A DNA stretch of 64,000 nucleotides from Deltaproteobacteria bacterium. GTDB lineage: Bacteria > Myxococcota_A > Polyangia > Fen-1088. Under the pieces are notes generated by a model. The model was given only the letters and a program-made list of their open reading frames with translations, did not search any database and was not told the origin of the DNA. Below, in pieces: positions 39,958 through 48,908 of the stretch. Each line of letters begins with the position of its first letter. The stretch's first letter is position 1. The stretch is taken from contig JANRKS010000032.1 in NCBI GenBank assembly GCA_033763315.1, positions 288,001 to 352,000 on the forward strand. Direction: 5' to 3'. Position numbers and translations under genes: made by a program.

Positions 39958-42477
39958 TTGCCCGCCGTGTCTTTCCTGAACCCTAAACTCACGCACCTAG
40001 GCGAACGTTACGAACTCAAAAGCCAAGCGGGCACGGGTGGCATGGGGACGGTGTTTTCCGCCTACGACCGCCTCACCCGCCAGATGGTGGCCGTCAAAGT
40101 GCTGCACGGCAAAGGCGACACCGACGCCGCACGCTTCGAACGGGAAGCCGAACTGCTGGCCGAGCTGCGCCACCCCGCGATCGTGCGTTTCATTGATCAC
40201 GGCACCACGTCGCACGGAGAACCCTATTATGTAATGGAGTGGCTGGAGGGTGAAACGTTGGATGAACGTTTGGCCCGCGGCACATTGATGCCCAGTTTGG
40301 TGGCGCGTTTGGGCGCGCGGGTGATGGAGGCGTTGACGGTGGCTCACGAAAAGGGCGTCATTCACCGCGACATCAAGCCGACGAATATCTTTCTTTCCGG
40401 TTACCGCGTGGCCGACGCTAAGGTGATCGATTTTGGTGTGGCTCGCAAAACGGATGATGCCTTTCGTTTAACAAAACGGGGCAACACCGTGGGAACGCCG
40501 ATGTACAACGCGCCCGAGCAGGCGCGCGGCAAAGGCGATCTGGATGGACGCGTGGATGTGTTCGCGCTGGGCTGCGTGATGTACGAGGCCCTCACGGGCG
40601 AGCCTGCGTTCGCGGGTGATTCGCCGGGGCAAGTGATGTCGCGCATCGCGGGCGGGCAAGGCCCCGACCTGAGCAAGCGCCTGGTGACGCTTGATTCCGA
40701 GTTAAAGATGGCCTTGGCCTCGATGCTTTCTCACAACCGTGAGGATCGCCCCTCCGATCCCGCGGCCTTGTCGAAAACATTGGCGGCGATCGCCGATCGT
40801 CTGGCGCCACTGGAAGTGCCGATCGTGCCGTCACACACAGCGAACGTGCCTCCCAAGCGCACGGGCAAAGACGCGCTTTCGCACAATGAGCAGCGTGTGA
40901 TGACCGTGCTTGTGCTGGCGCGCTTGAGCAACCTGCAAGAGCGGGACATCAACGCCAACGCAGCGATGCGCGCGAGTTTGCTTTCGGACGATGTGGTGGC
41001 GGTGCTGGCGACGCTGCTTGAACCTTATGGCGGCCGCGTGGATCGCTTGCTGGATCGATCGGTGATCGTCACGGCGCCGGCGCTGCCTTCGGTGACCGAA
41101 CAAGCGGAGCAGATCGGCCGCATGGGCCTGCAGGTTGTGTCACGCTATCCAGACCTTTCGGTGGCGATGGCCACGGGCCGCGCGGTGTTGTTGGCGCGTT
41201 TGCCTGCAGGAGAAGTGATTGAACAAGCGGCGATGCTGCTCGAAGGTGGGGCGCCGGGTGTGGTGGTGATGGACGACACCTCGGCGCGCTTGCTCGCGGG
41301 CCGCTTCAGTGTGCTGCACGAACGTTCACAGCACATTTTGATGAGCGAACGCGACGGCGGCCTATCGCCGCGCCGTATCTTGGGCGAAGTGACGCCGTTT
41401 TGTGGCCGCGAGCGCGAGCTCGCTTCGTTGACGGGGCTTTTGGCCGAGTGTGTGGCCGACGATGTGTCACGCGCGGCGGTGATCGTGGCGGGGGCGGGCG
41501 TGGGCAAAAGCCGCCTGTTGGCCGAATGGGTGCGCCGCATGCGCGCCACGGCCGAGGATGTGGTGGTGATGCGCAGCCGCGCGATCCCCTTGAACGTGCC
41601 GCAACCGTTTGCGGCGTTGGGCGGCTTCTTCGCACAAGCCAATGTGTCGCCCGATCTGGATCCGGCGATGGCAAGCGAAGTGTTGAGCGATTGGCTCAAG
41701 GCTGCGTGCAAACAGCAACCGGTGATCGCGATCTTAGAAGACGCCCACGTGGCCGACACCAGTAGTTTGCAGTTGCTGGACAGCTTGCTGGCCCGGCTTG
41801 AGACGTTGCCGTTCTTGGTGGTGCTGACCGCGCGCCCTGAACTGGATGAACGCCTTCCGGATCTGTTCGAATCGCGGGCCCCGATGCGCATGCGTTTGCC
41901 TCCGTTGGCGAAACGTCATGCCGAAGTGGCGCTGCGAGGCCTGTTGCCCACGAGCCGTCCGGATTTAGATGAATGGATCTTGTCGCGGGCGCGAGGCAAC
42001 GCGTTTTGCTTGGAAGAGCTCGCGCGCCATTCGTTGCTGCCGGGCCGCGCGACCCTGCCCGAAACGGTGCTCGGCTTGGTGCACGCGGAGCTTGATGTGT
42101 TGGGCGGCGAGGGCAAACGCTTGCTGCGGGCCGCGAGTGTGTTCGGCATGTCGTTCACCACGGCGGGTGTGGCCGCTTTGCTTGGCGAAGCCACAGCGCC
42201 GCTGCTGGAAGAGCTCCTGGCCGGCCTGGCCGAGCGCGGGTATCTTGAACACACCCCGTTGAGCCCTGATGGCGAGTGGCGTTTCGTGGAGCCCGTTGTC
42301 CGCGAAGTGGCCTACGACACGCTGCCCGGCAGCGATCGCATTTTGGGCCGCCGCTTGGCGCGCGCCTTCCTCAGCAACGAGGGCCACGCCATCCCCACGG
42401 CCTTGGCCCCCGGCGAATCAAAGACCGAGATGACGCCCAGCCAGCTGCCAGCTCTATCGTTCTTGGCGCGGCGTTAA
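39958..42477 (+). CDS. Ser/Thr kinase + degenerate cyclase-like + STAND NTPase, lacking the C-terminal TPR region
   Basis: GTGGMG; HRDIKPTN; DFG; GTPMYNAPE; GRERELA; Walker A AGAGVGKSR; Walker B ILEDAH; GNAFCLEEL. Confidence 0.88.
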   Translation: MPAVSFLNPKLTHLGERYELKSQAGTGGMGTVFSAYDRLTRQMVAVKVLHGKGDTDAARFEREAELLAELRHPAIVRFIDHGTTSHGEPYYVMEWLEGETLDERLARGTLMPSLVARLGARVMEALTVAHEKGVIHRDIKPTNIFLSGYRVADAKVIDFGVARKTDDAFRLTKRGNTVGTPMYNAPEQARGKGDLDGRVDVFALGCVMYEALTGEPAFAGDSPGQVMSRIAGGQGPDLSKRLVTLDSELKMALASMLSHNREDRPSDPAALSKTLAAIADRLAPLEVPIVPSHTANVPPKRTGKDALSHNEQRVMTVLVLARLSNLQERDINANAAMRASLLSDDVVAVLATLLEPYGGRVDRLLDRSVIVTAPALPSVTEQAEQIGRMGLQVVSRYPDLSVAMATGRAVLLARLPAGEVIEQAAMLLEGGAPGVVVMDDTSARLLAGRFSVLHERSQHILMSERDGGLSPRRILGEVTPFCGRERELASLTGLLAECVADDVSRAAVIVAGAGVGKSRLLAEWVRRMRATAEDVVVMRSRAIPLNVPQPFAALGGFFAQANVSPDLDPAMASEVLSDWLKAACKQQPVIAILEDAHVADTSSLQLLDSLLARLETLPFLVVLTARPELDERLPDLFESRAPMRMRLPPLAKRHAEVALRGLLPTSRPDLDEWILSRARGNAFCLEELARHSLLPGRATLPETVLGLVHAELDVLGGEGKRLLRAASVFGMSFTTAGVAALLGEATAPLLEELLAGLAERGYLEHTPLSPDGEWRFVEPVVREVAYDTLPGSDRILGRRLARAFLSNEGHAIPTALAPGESKTEMTPSQLPALSFLARR

Positions 42478-42540
42478 GGCGGGGCTACCGCTTCGCATCC
42501 TCTTGAAGGATAACGCGACAGCAAAGGCGCTCTGCGTCTA

Positions 42541-42579
42541 GCCTTGCATTTTTAGTTATCGACACTAAAAATACAAGGC
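42541..42579. promoter_or_regulatory. 16-bp inverted repeat abutting the ATPase start codon
   Basis: GCCTTGCATTTTTAGT-N7-ACTAAAAATACAAGGC with 1 mismatch; ATG at 42580. Confidence 0.7.
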
Positions 42580-43737
42580 ATGTGGTCCCGCCTCGCTGCT
42601 ACCCGTCTCGCCTCTTTGGCCCATACCTTCCCCGCCGTTCTGGTTTTGGGGCCGCGCCAAGTGGGGAAGACTACGCTGGTGAGACAGACATTCCCTGACC
42701 ACCCCTACGTGGATCTTGAACGTCCGGTGCTCACGGATCTATTCGCCCAGGATCCCGAGTTTCATATCAAGGCCCGGGCCACTCCGAATCTCATATTGGA
42801 CGAGGCACAAGCGGTGCCGTCGGTGTTCGCGGCGTTGCGGGGCATTATCGACGAACAGCGAAAGCTAAACGGACGCTTTATCCTGCTGGGGTCGGCGCAG
42901 CCAATGCTTGTGCGAGGCGTTTCGGAATCGCTTGCTGGCCGTGTAGGCATTTTGGACTTGGCGCCTCTGACCGTTGCGGAAGTCTCAACCTTCGGGAACA
43001 TCGCCCCTGCGGATGTGTGGTTACGCGGCGGGTTCCCTGACGCCTTGGCCGCGGCGGATTTTCGAGTTTGGTGGGAATCGTATCTTCGCAGCTACCTCGA
43101 GCGCGATTTGCCCCAACTTGGATTGAACGTCGATCCCGTTTTTTTGCGACGTATGTTGACCATGCTGGCCCATAGCCAAGGGGGCGTGCTTAAGGTTTCA
43201 TCCCTGTGCAATTCGTTGGGCGTAAGCCGGGGCGTTGTGGAGCGATGCTTGGATGTCTTCGAGGGAACCTACATCCTGCGTCGTTTGCCGCCGTTTTTTC
43301 GTAACGTGGGAAAGCGGCTCGTAAAGGCGCCGAAGGTTTATCTTCGCGACTCGGGATTGCTGCATCACCTGCTGAACATCAGCAGCCAAAGTGAACTTGA
43401 TGCGCATCCCATCCGTGGCGCTTCATGGGAGACCTTTGTTCTCGAAGATCTGCTGCGCAGGGAACAACTGGCACATCCTTCGTCGCAAGCCTTCTTCTGG
43501 CGAACGGCCGCGGGCGCCGAAATCGATCTCGTTCTCGACCGAGGCAGCACCGTGGCGGTTGTGGAGATCAAGTCGGCCCAAGTCGGCAGTGCCCGCGACG
43601 TTCGGTTTTTGAGTGACGCCATGATCGATGTTGGCGCGAAGCAAGGATACTTTGTGGATCAAGGCCCTGATCGCTTTGCACTTGCACCACACATCGAGAG
43701 GCTGGGTTTTGAAGTGGCCAGCGCTTGGCTGCCGTGA
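42580..43737 (+). CDS. AAA_14 ATPase with DUF4143 and C-terminal PD-(D/E)XK-like motif
   Basis: GPRQVGKTT; ILDEAQ; ESLAGR; GGFP; KRLVKAPKVYLRDSG; WETFV; FWRTAAGAEIDLV..VEIK. Confidence 0.92.
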   Translation: MWSRLAATRLASLAHTFPAVLVLGPRQVGKTTLVRQTFPDHPYVDLERPVLTDLFAQDPEFHIKARATPNLILDEAQAVPSVFAALRGIIDEQRKLNGRFILLGSAQPMLVRGVSESLAGRVGILDLAPLTVAEVSTFGNIAPADVWLRGGFPDALAAADFRVWWESYLRSYLERDLPQLGLNVDPVFLRRMLTMLAHSQGGVLKVSSLCNSLGVSRGVVERCLDVFEGTYILRRLPPFFRNVGKRLVKAPKVYLRDSGLLHHLLNISSQSELDAHPIRGASWETFVLEDLLRREQLAHPSSQAFFWRTAAGAEIDLVLDRGSTVAVVEIKSAQVGSARDVRFLSDAMIDVGAKQGYFVDQGPDRFALAPHIERLGFEVASAWLP

Positions 43738-43764
43738 TGAGTGTTAATCCAGCCTTTTGACGGC

Positions 43765-44160
43765 CTATGTTGCTCTGGCCGCGCTGTTCTTGCGAACCCA
43801 ATCGGCCAAAGCCTCCTCGCTCAGCTCGCCTGCAGCCAGGGAGAGGATTGTTGCCGTCGCCATCGCCTGTGTGGCCGTCAGTCGATAGCCGTTGAGGTAA
43901 AGCAACAAGCCCAATGCCAAGAACGCCGCGCGTTTGTTCCCGTCCACAAAAGCATGATTTTGCGAAAGGCCACTGGCGTAAGCCGCGGCCAATTGAGCCG
44001 CATCGGGTGTGCCGTAAGACGCGAGGTTCAGAGGTCGGACAAGGGCGGAATCTAACAAACCTTCGTCGCGCAACCCACTCGCGCCTCCATGCTCAGCCAG
44101 GCTCTCATCGTGAAGGATGAGCAAGGCCTGCTTATCGATCCAGCGCCAGGAAGCCTTCAC
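43765..44160 (-). CDS. doc: Death-on-curing (Doc/Fic) toxin
   Basis: HGGASGLRDEGLLDSAL; HAFVDGNKRAA Doc motif; start overlaps the antitoxin stop. Confidence 0.92.
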   Translation of the reverse strand: MKASWRWIDKQALLILHDESLAEHGGASGLRDEGLLDSALVRPLNLASYGTPDAAQLAAAYASGLSQNHAFVDGNKRAAFLALGLLLYLNGYRLTATQAMATATILSLAAGELSEEALADWVRKNSAARAT

Positions 44161-44381
44161 TTTGCGAGCACGCGGAAGGTGTCCCGAAACTCTTTCATGA
44201 ACTTTCGCCCTTCCTCCACCTGTTCTTCGAAATCAGGTTGGTAGGGAGACAACGCAATTCCCGCGGGAGTATCGGTCAGGTACAGGGTGTCACCCTTCTC
44301 AATCTTGAGCCGCGCCAACACCTCTTTGGGAAGGATCACACCTACCGAATTGCCGATCTGCGTAAGTTTGAGAGTCGTCAT
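44157..44381 (-). CDS. AbrB/MazE-type antitoxin paired with Doc
   Basis: MTTLKLTQIGNSVGVILPKEVLARLKIEKGDTLYL; true start is internal to the listed 307-aa ORF. Confidence 0.92.
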   Translation of the reverse strand: MTTLKLTQIGNSVGVILPKEVLARLKIEKGDTLYLTDTPAGIALSPYQPDFEEQVEEGRKFMKEFRDTFRVLAK

Positions 44382-44399
44382 AACGATGTCCGCTCTTAA

Positions 44400-44408
44400 A
44401 TTATAACA
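44400..44408 (-). promoter_or_regulatory. Extended -10 promoter element of the TA operon
   Basis: TGTTATAAT on the minus strand, 19 nt upstream of the antitoxin ATG. Confidence 0.6.
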
Positions 44409-44525
44409 CGCGTATGAACAGAGGGAGCGAAGGCGACTGCCGCCTGGCCGTTGCCAAACTGTAAGCAGATTGCCTTCATGGGGGGTTAAGTCGGGTGACG
44501 GAGCTGCCGATGGTGGGGGGCGAGG

Positions 44526-47500
44526 GTGCAGCCAGCACACACAAAGCCACGGCGTTTCGGTGGCCGCTTTGAGACCGAATATGAGGTTGGTCACGGCGGC
44601 ATGGGGGCGGTGTACCGTGCGCGCGACTTGCAGACGGGCCAGCCGGCGGCGGTAAAGGTGTTGTTCGAGCGCGAAGGGCCAAACGCGGAGCGCTTCGTGC
44701 AAGAGGCGGTGATGTTGGCGGAGCTTTCGCATCCGGCGATCGTGCGCTACCTGGGCCACGGCGTGGCGCCCTCGGGCGAGCATTACCTGGCGATGGAATG
44801 GCTTGAAGGCCGCACGCTCGAGGATTACCTGACGGGCGGCGCTGTGCCGGTGTTGCAAGCGGTGCAATTGACGGCGCGTGTGGTGGATGCGTTGGCGGTG
44901 GCACACCGGCGCGGCGTGGTTCACCGTGACATCAAGCCGGCAAACCTGCTGCTGCCGGAATCGCGCATCTCGCACGCGAAGCTGCTGGATTTCGGCATCG
45001 CACGGCGTTTGTTCGACACGCGCCGGATCACACGTACGGGCGCCACGCTGGGCACGCCGATGTACATGTCGCCCGAGCAAGCGCGCGGCTTGACCGACGT
45101 GGACGCGCGTTCGGACGTGTTCTCGATGGGCTGCGTGTTGTTCGAGTGTTTGGCGGGGCAGCCGCCTTTCACGGGTGAAACACCGTTGGCCGTGTTGGCG
45201 AAGATCTGCTTGGAAGTGGCGCCGGACGTGCGTCGTTTCCGCCCTGAAGTGTCACCGGCGTTGGCGGCGCTTGTACGGGGCATGCTGGAAAAAGACCCGG
45301 AAAAACGCCCGGGCGACACGGCCGAACTGGCACGCATGTTGGCGGTGATGGCCGATGAATTGCGTACGGGTGTGCCCGCCAACGATGGCCACGCGGCGGA
45401 TTACAAACCACTGCCGATCGTCACACCGGGCGAACAGCGTTTGTTCTCGGTTGTGTTGGTGCAGCTGCCACGCAAGGGACCAAAGCAAAGCCCTGCCAGC
45501 CGCAGCTCTTCAAGCTTGCTGGTGGCCACCACAAACATTACAGGCGTTGTGAATCCGCCCACGCCTGTGTCGCTCAAAGCGATTCGCGGCTTGTGGCGCA
45601 AGGGCGTAAACACACCGCTGCCGCCGACGCCCGGCGCCGCCACGCCGGGCGATATGCCGGCGGTGGAGAGCGAGCAACTGCCGCCGGATCTCTACGACGA
45701 TCAAGTGATGGCGCGCGTGCGCAAATCGGCTTTGCCGTTCGGCGTGCAAGTGGATCGCTTTTACAACGGCTCATTGGCGCTCACGAATGCGAACGGCGGC
45801 AGCAGCGCGGAGCAAACCTTCGAGATGGCCCGCTGCGCGCTTGAAATGCGGCGTTTGCTTCCTATGGCGGCGTTTGCTGTGGCCACGGGCCGCGCGGATG
45901 GCGACGCGCCGATGCCAGTGGGCAAGGTGCTGGAGCGCGCGGGCCGCTTGCTGGCGGGCGCACCACCCAGCGTGATTCGCCTCGACGATCTTTCACATGA
46001 ACTGCTGGCGAGCCGCTTTGAAACATCGGCGGTGCCGGGCGCGGATCAAGCGGCACGGTTGCTGTTTGAAAAAGGTTTGCGCGAGCCGCCGCGCACGTTG
46101 TTCGGCAAACCCACGCCCTGCATCGGCCGCGATCGTGAGCTTTCGAGCCTGCAAAGCCTGTTTGCCGAAGTGCTTGACGACAGTGTCGCACGCGCCGTAA
46201 TCGTCACAGCACCGGCAGGTGGCGGTAAATCGCGCGTTCGTCACGAATTGATGGAACGCCTTTACTCACGCGGCACCAACTTCTCGCTGCTGGCGGGCCG
46301 TGGTGAATCGATGCGTGCGGGCAGCGCGTGGTCGTTGCTGGGTGGCGCGCTTCGTGCGGCGGCCGACGTCAGTGGCTATGAAACGCTAGACGTGCAGCGC
46401 CTGCGTTTTGGTGCGTACTTCGGGCGTCGCTTCACAAAGCCAGAAGATCGCCAACGCGTGGTTTCGTTCTTGGGCGAGATCGCGAACATCCGTTTTCCAG
46501 ACGACGACTTTCCGATGTTGCGTTCCACGCGCCAAGATCCGCGCGCGATGGCAGATCAAACGCGCGCGGCGTGGCTCGATTGGGTGGAAGCGGAGCTGGA
46601 TCACGCACCGGTGGTGCTGGTGTTTGAGGATCTGCACTGGGGTGACGCGGCCACGTTTGGTTTGGTGGACGCGGCCTTGCGCCTTTACGCAGAGAAGCGC
46701 TTGCTTGTGATGGGCTTTGCGCGCCCCACACTCGACGAGAAATACCCGGGCCTGTGGAATGGGCGCAACGTGGAGCGTTTGGGTTTGCCACCGCTTTCCG
46801 CGAAAAACGCGCGGCGTTTGGTGCAAGCGGCGCTGCCCACGGCGAGCGATGAACAAGCCGATGCGCTGTGCGCGCGTGCCGATGGTAACCCCTTCTTTCT
46901 TGAAGAACTCTTGCGCGCTTCGGTTGAGCGCGGCAACGACGTGGCGCAAGCGTCGCCTGCCTCGATCCTCAGCATCATTCAAGGCCGCTTCGATAGCTTA
47001 GGCGATGGCGTAAAGCGTGTGCTGCGCGCGGCCAGCGTGTTCGGCATGTCCTTCCGCCGCAGCGGCGTGGGCACGCTGATCGGCGAGTCGAACCTCAAAG
47101 ACGTTGAAGAGTATCTGGATGTGCTAGTGGCGCGCGAAATTGTGTACCGCCGCGCCTCGGGTTCGGGGCGTGAGTACATGTTCCGGCACGCGTTGGTGCG
47201 CGAGGCCGCGTACGACACGCTGACGGATCGCGATCGCAAGGTGGGGCACTTACTTGCGGGTGAATTCTTAGAGCGCCTCGGCGCTGAGAACCCAGGCGAG
47301 TTGGCAGAGCACTTCGAATGCGCCGAGGAGATGAAGCGCGCGGGCCACTGGCATTACGTGGCGGGGCAACGTGCGCTGGCGTCGGTGGAGTTAGAGAATG
47401 CGATCAAGCACTGCGAACGCGCGGTGAAGTGCGGCGTGGAGGGGGAAGAGCTGGGGTTGGTGAAGTTGTTGGAGGCGCGGGTGCAGATCTGGAGGGCCAA

Positions 47501-48572
47501 CTACGAAGATGCTCGCTTAGCCGGAGTGGAGGCGACGAAGGTGCTCGATGGCGTTGCCAACATGGAGGCTTGGGGAGAGGTAGTGGTAGCCCTCGGCCAT
47601 CTTCGATGGGACATGTTTCAGAACGAAAATGAAGAGGCATACCTCGAAGCGCTCCAGCGTCTTCAGCAACATGTATCAAAGGATTTAGGATGGGCAATTT
47701 GGGCGCGCAGTGTACTTCGCGCTTGTTCGTTTTGGGCCGCTGCGCAACAAGCTAGCGACGCACTCAACTCTTCCGGGTTGTTGGCAGAGGCATTAGCCTC
47801 CGCCGAGCCAGCTGTCTCAGCATCAGCTTCTTGCTTTCAATACTACGTCATGTGTCGCCTCCGTAGATGGGAGGAGGCGGAGCATCATTGCCATAGGGCT
47901 GTCGCTTGTTTTGAAGCCGCTGGCAACTTTCAGGAAGCGGCCTCGAATCAGCTCAATTTGGTAAGTTACTTGGCCGATCTCGCACGTTATGACAAGGCGC
48001 TTTTGTGTGCAGAAGAGTGCCTCCGAAAAGTACGCAAAAATGGAATTCCATTCCACGAGAGTCTGGCCCTCGCGAACTTAGCTGACATCTATTGGGAACT
48101 AGGTCGAGTAGATGACTCAGCGAGGGCTGCCCTGGAAGCTTGCGACCTGGCACAGCGGCACGGCATTCTCCGGGTTGCCGTTTTTGGATGGGTTGCGGCC
48201 GCGCGAGCACTTTCGGAGCAAGGGCGTCACGATGAAGCGCGGTGCCTTCTGTTAAAGGCAAAGGACGGGTCGAACGGAAGTCCGGAACTGCATGCATTTC
48301 TGAGCGCGGTTCAAGGCATGGAATATTTGGCGCAAAGTCAGTTGTTGCTCGCCGTGGCCTGTGCACATGACGCCGCTGTTGCCCTTTGTGCGGATTCTGT
48401 CCAGCAGCTATTCGTCAGGGTTGCAATCGCAACAATACAAAAGACCTGCGGCAGCCCAGCGGCCTTTGAGTCCGCAGTTGCTGAGGCGCAGAACTTTCAA
48501 TCGTTATTGTCCCCGCCGAACGACGACACGTGTCGGTGCGAGTCGTTCAAGCGGCTTAGACGGCTATTGTAG
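44526..48572 (+). CDS. Cytoplasmic Ser/Thr kinase + degenerate cyclase-like + STAND NTPase + TPR-like repeats
   Basis: GHGGMG; HRDIKPAN; DFG; GTPMYMSPE; GRDRELS; APAGGGKSR; FEDLHW; GNPFFLEEL; FRHALVREAAYD; helical repeat tail; no clear TM segment. Confidence 0.92.
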   Translation: MQPAHTKPRRFGGRFETEYEVGHGGMGAVYRARDLQTGQPAAVKVLFEREGPNAERFVQEAVMLAELSHPAIVRYLGHGVAPSGEHYLAMEWLEGRTLEDYLTGGAVPVLQAVQLTARVVDALAVAHRRGVVHRDIKPANLLLPESRISHAKLLDFGIARRLFDTRRITRTGATLGTPMYMSPEQARGLTDVDARSDVFSMGCVLFECLAGQPPFTGETPLAVLAKICLEVAPDVRRFRPEVSPALAALVRGMLEKDPEKRPGDTAELARMLAVMADELRTGVPANDGHAADYKPLPIVTPGEQRLFSVVLVQLPRKGPKQSPASRSSSSLLVATTNITGVVNPPTPVSLKAIRGLWRKGVNTPLPPTPGAATPGDMPAVESEQLPPDLYDDQVMARVRKSALPFGVQVDRFYNGSLALTNANGGSSAEQTFEMARCALEMRRLLPMAAFAVATGRADGDAPMPVGKVLERAGRLLAGAPPSVIRLDDLSHELLASRFETSAVPGADQAARLLFEKGLREPPRTLFGKPTPCIGRDRELSSLQSLFAEVLDDSVARAVIVTAPAGGGKSRVRHELMERLYSRGTNFSLLAGRGESMRAGSAWSLLGGALRAAADVSGYETLDVQRLRFGAYFGRRFTKPEDRQRVVSFLGEIANIRFPDDDFPMLRSTRQDPRAMADQTRAAWLDWVEAELDHAPVVLVFEDLHWGDAATFGLVDAALRLYAEKRLLVMGFARPTLDEKYPGLWNGRNVERLGLPPLSAKNARRLVQAALPTASDEQADALCARADGNPFFLEELLRASVERGNDVAQASPASILSIIQGRFDSLGDGVKRVLRAASVFGMSFRRSGVGTLIGESNLKDVEEYLDVLVAREIVYRRASGSGREYMFRHALVREAAYDTLTDRDRKVGHLLAGEFLERLGAENPGELAEHFECAEEMKRAGHWHYVAGQRALASVELENAIKHCERAVKCGVEGEELGLVKLLEARVQIWRANYEDARLAGVEATKVLDGVANMEAWGEVVVALGHLRWDMFQNENEEAYLEALQRLQQHVSKDLGWAIWARSVLRACSFWAAAQQASDALNSSGLLAEALASAEPAVSASASCFQYYVMCRLRRWEEAEHHCHRAVACFEAAGNFQEAASNQLNLVSYLADLARYDKALLCAEECLRKVRKNGIPFHESLALANLADIYWELGRVDDSARAALEACDLAQRHGILRVAVFGWVAAARALSEQGRHDEARCLLLKAKDGSNGSPELHAFLSAVQGMEYLAQSQLLLAVACAHDAAVALCADSVQQLFVRVAIATIQKTCGSPAAFESAVAEAQNFQSLLSPPNDDTCRCESFKRLRRLL

Positions 48573-48637
48573 GCTCGGTTAAGTACGAGCGCGCTGCCAC
48601 AATCCCTGGCCAGGCGGCGAGGACAAGCCCATCGCGT

Positions 48638-48756
48638 GGGCCAAAGGGCCCCGCAAAACCTACGCCCGTGCCATACGTCACTTGTTTGACCATCGTCAAT
48701 TTTTTGACTTGCCAAAGTAGGCCAACGGATGGTCTGATAACGGCACTCGGGTTCTA
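48638..48756 (+). promoter_or_regulatory. Candidate sigma54-type promoter of the peptide gene, with IHF-like site and upstream palindrome
   Basis: CGGCAC-N5-TTCTA at 48741-48756 (-24 good; -12 is CT instead of GC). GTCAATTTTTTG IHF-like site at 48695-48706. GGGCC-N4-GGCCC at 48638-48651. Confidence 0.5.
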
Positions 48757-48792
48757 ACCAAACCTGAACCAATCACCCAACCAGGAGTGGCC

Positions 48793-48867
48793 ATGAAAAT
48801 TAAGAGTAAGTCCGGCGTACGAGCTGGCGGATTAACGTCAAGCAATCACAACCGTACCCTTTTGTAG
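48793..48867 (+). CDS. 24-aa peptide MKIKSKSGVRAGGLTSSNHNRTLL (not in the ORF track)
   Basis: AGGAG RBS 5 nt before the ATG; unstructured A/C-rich leader; TAG stop; strong terminator ~20 nt downstream. Confidence 0.85.
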   Translation: MKIKSKSGVRAGGLTSSNHNRTLL

Positions 48868-48886
48868 TTCCTAGGCAGCTGGTGGG

Positions 48887-48908
48887 AGGCCCCTACGGGG
48901 GCCTTTTT
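48887..48908 (+). terminator. Intrinsic terminator of the peptide gene
   Basis: AGGCCCC-TACG-GGGGCCT followed by TTTTCTTGTTT. Confidence 0.9.

Noticed and set aside
44382-45080. N-terminal ~230 aa of the listed 307-aa minus-strand ORF
   Set aside because: It is the antisense shadow of the kinase gene; only the last 74 aa (AbrB antitoxin) are real.
48793-48867. Peptide as a RiPP precursor or amyloid (BASS-type) signalling motif
   Set aside because: No modifying enzymes or exporter are in the window, and the motif is not repeated at the N-terminus of the STAND proteins. Kept only as an alternative hypothesis.
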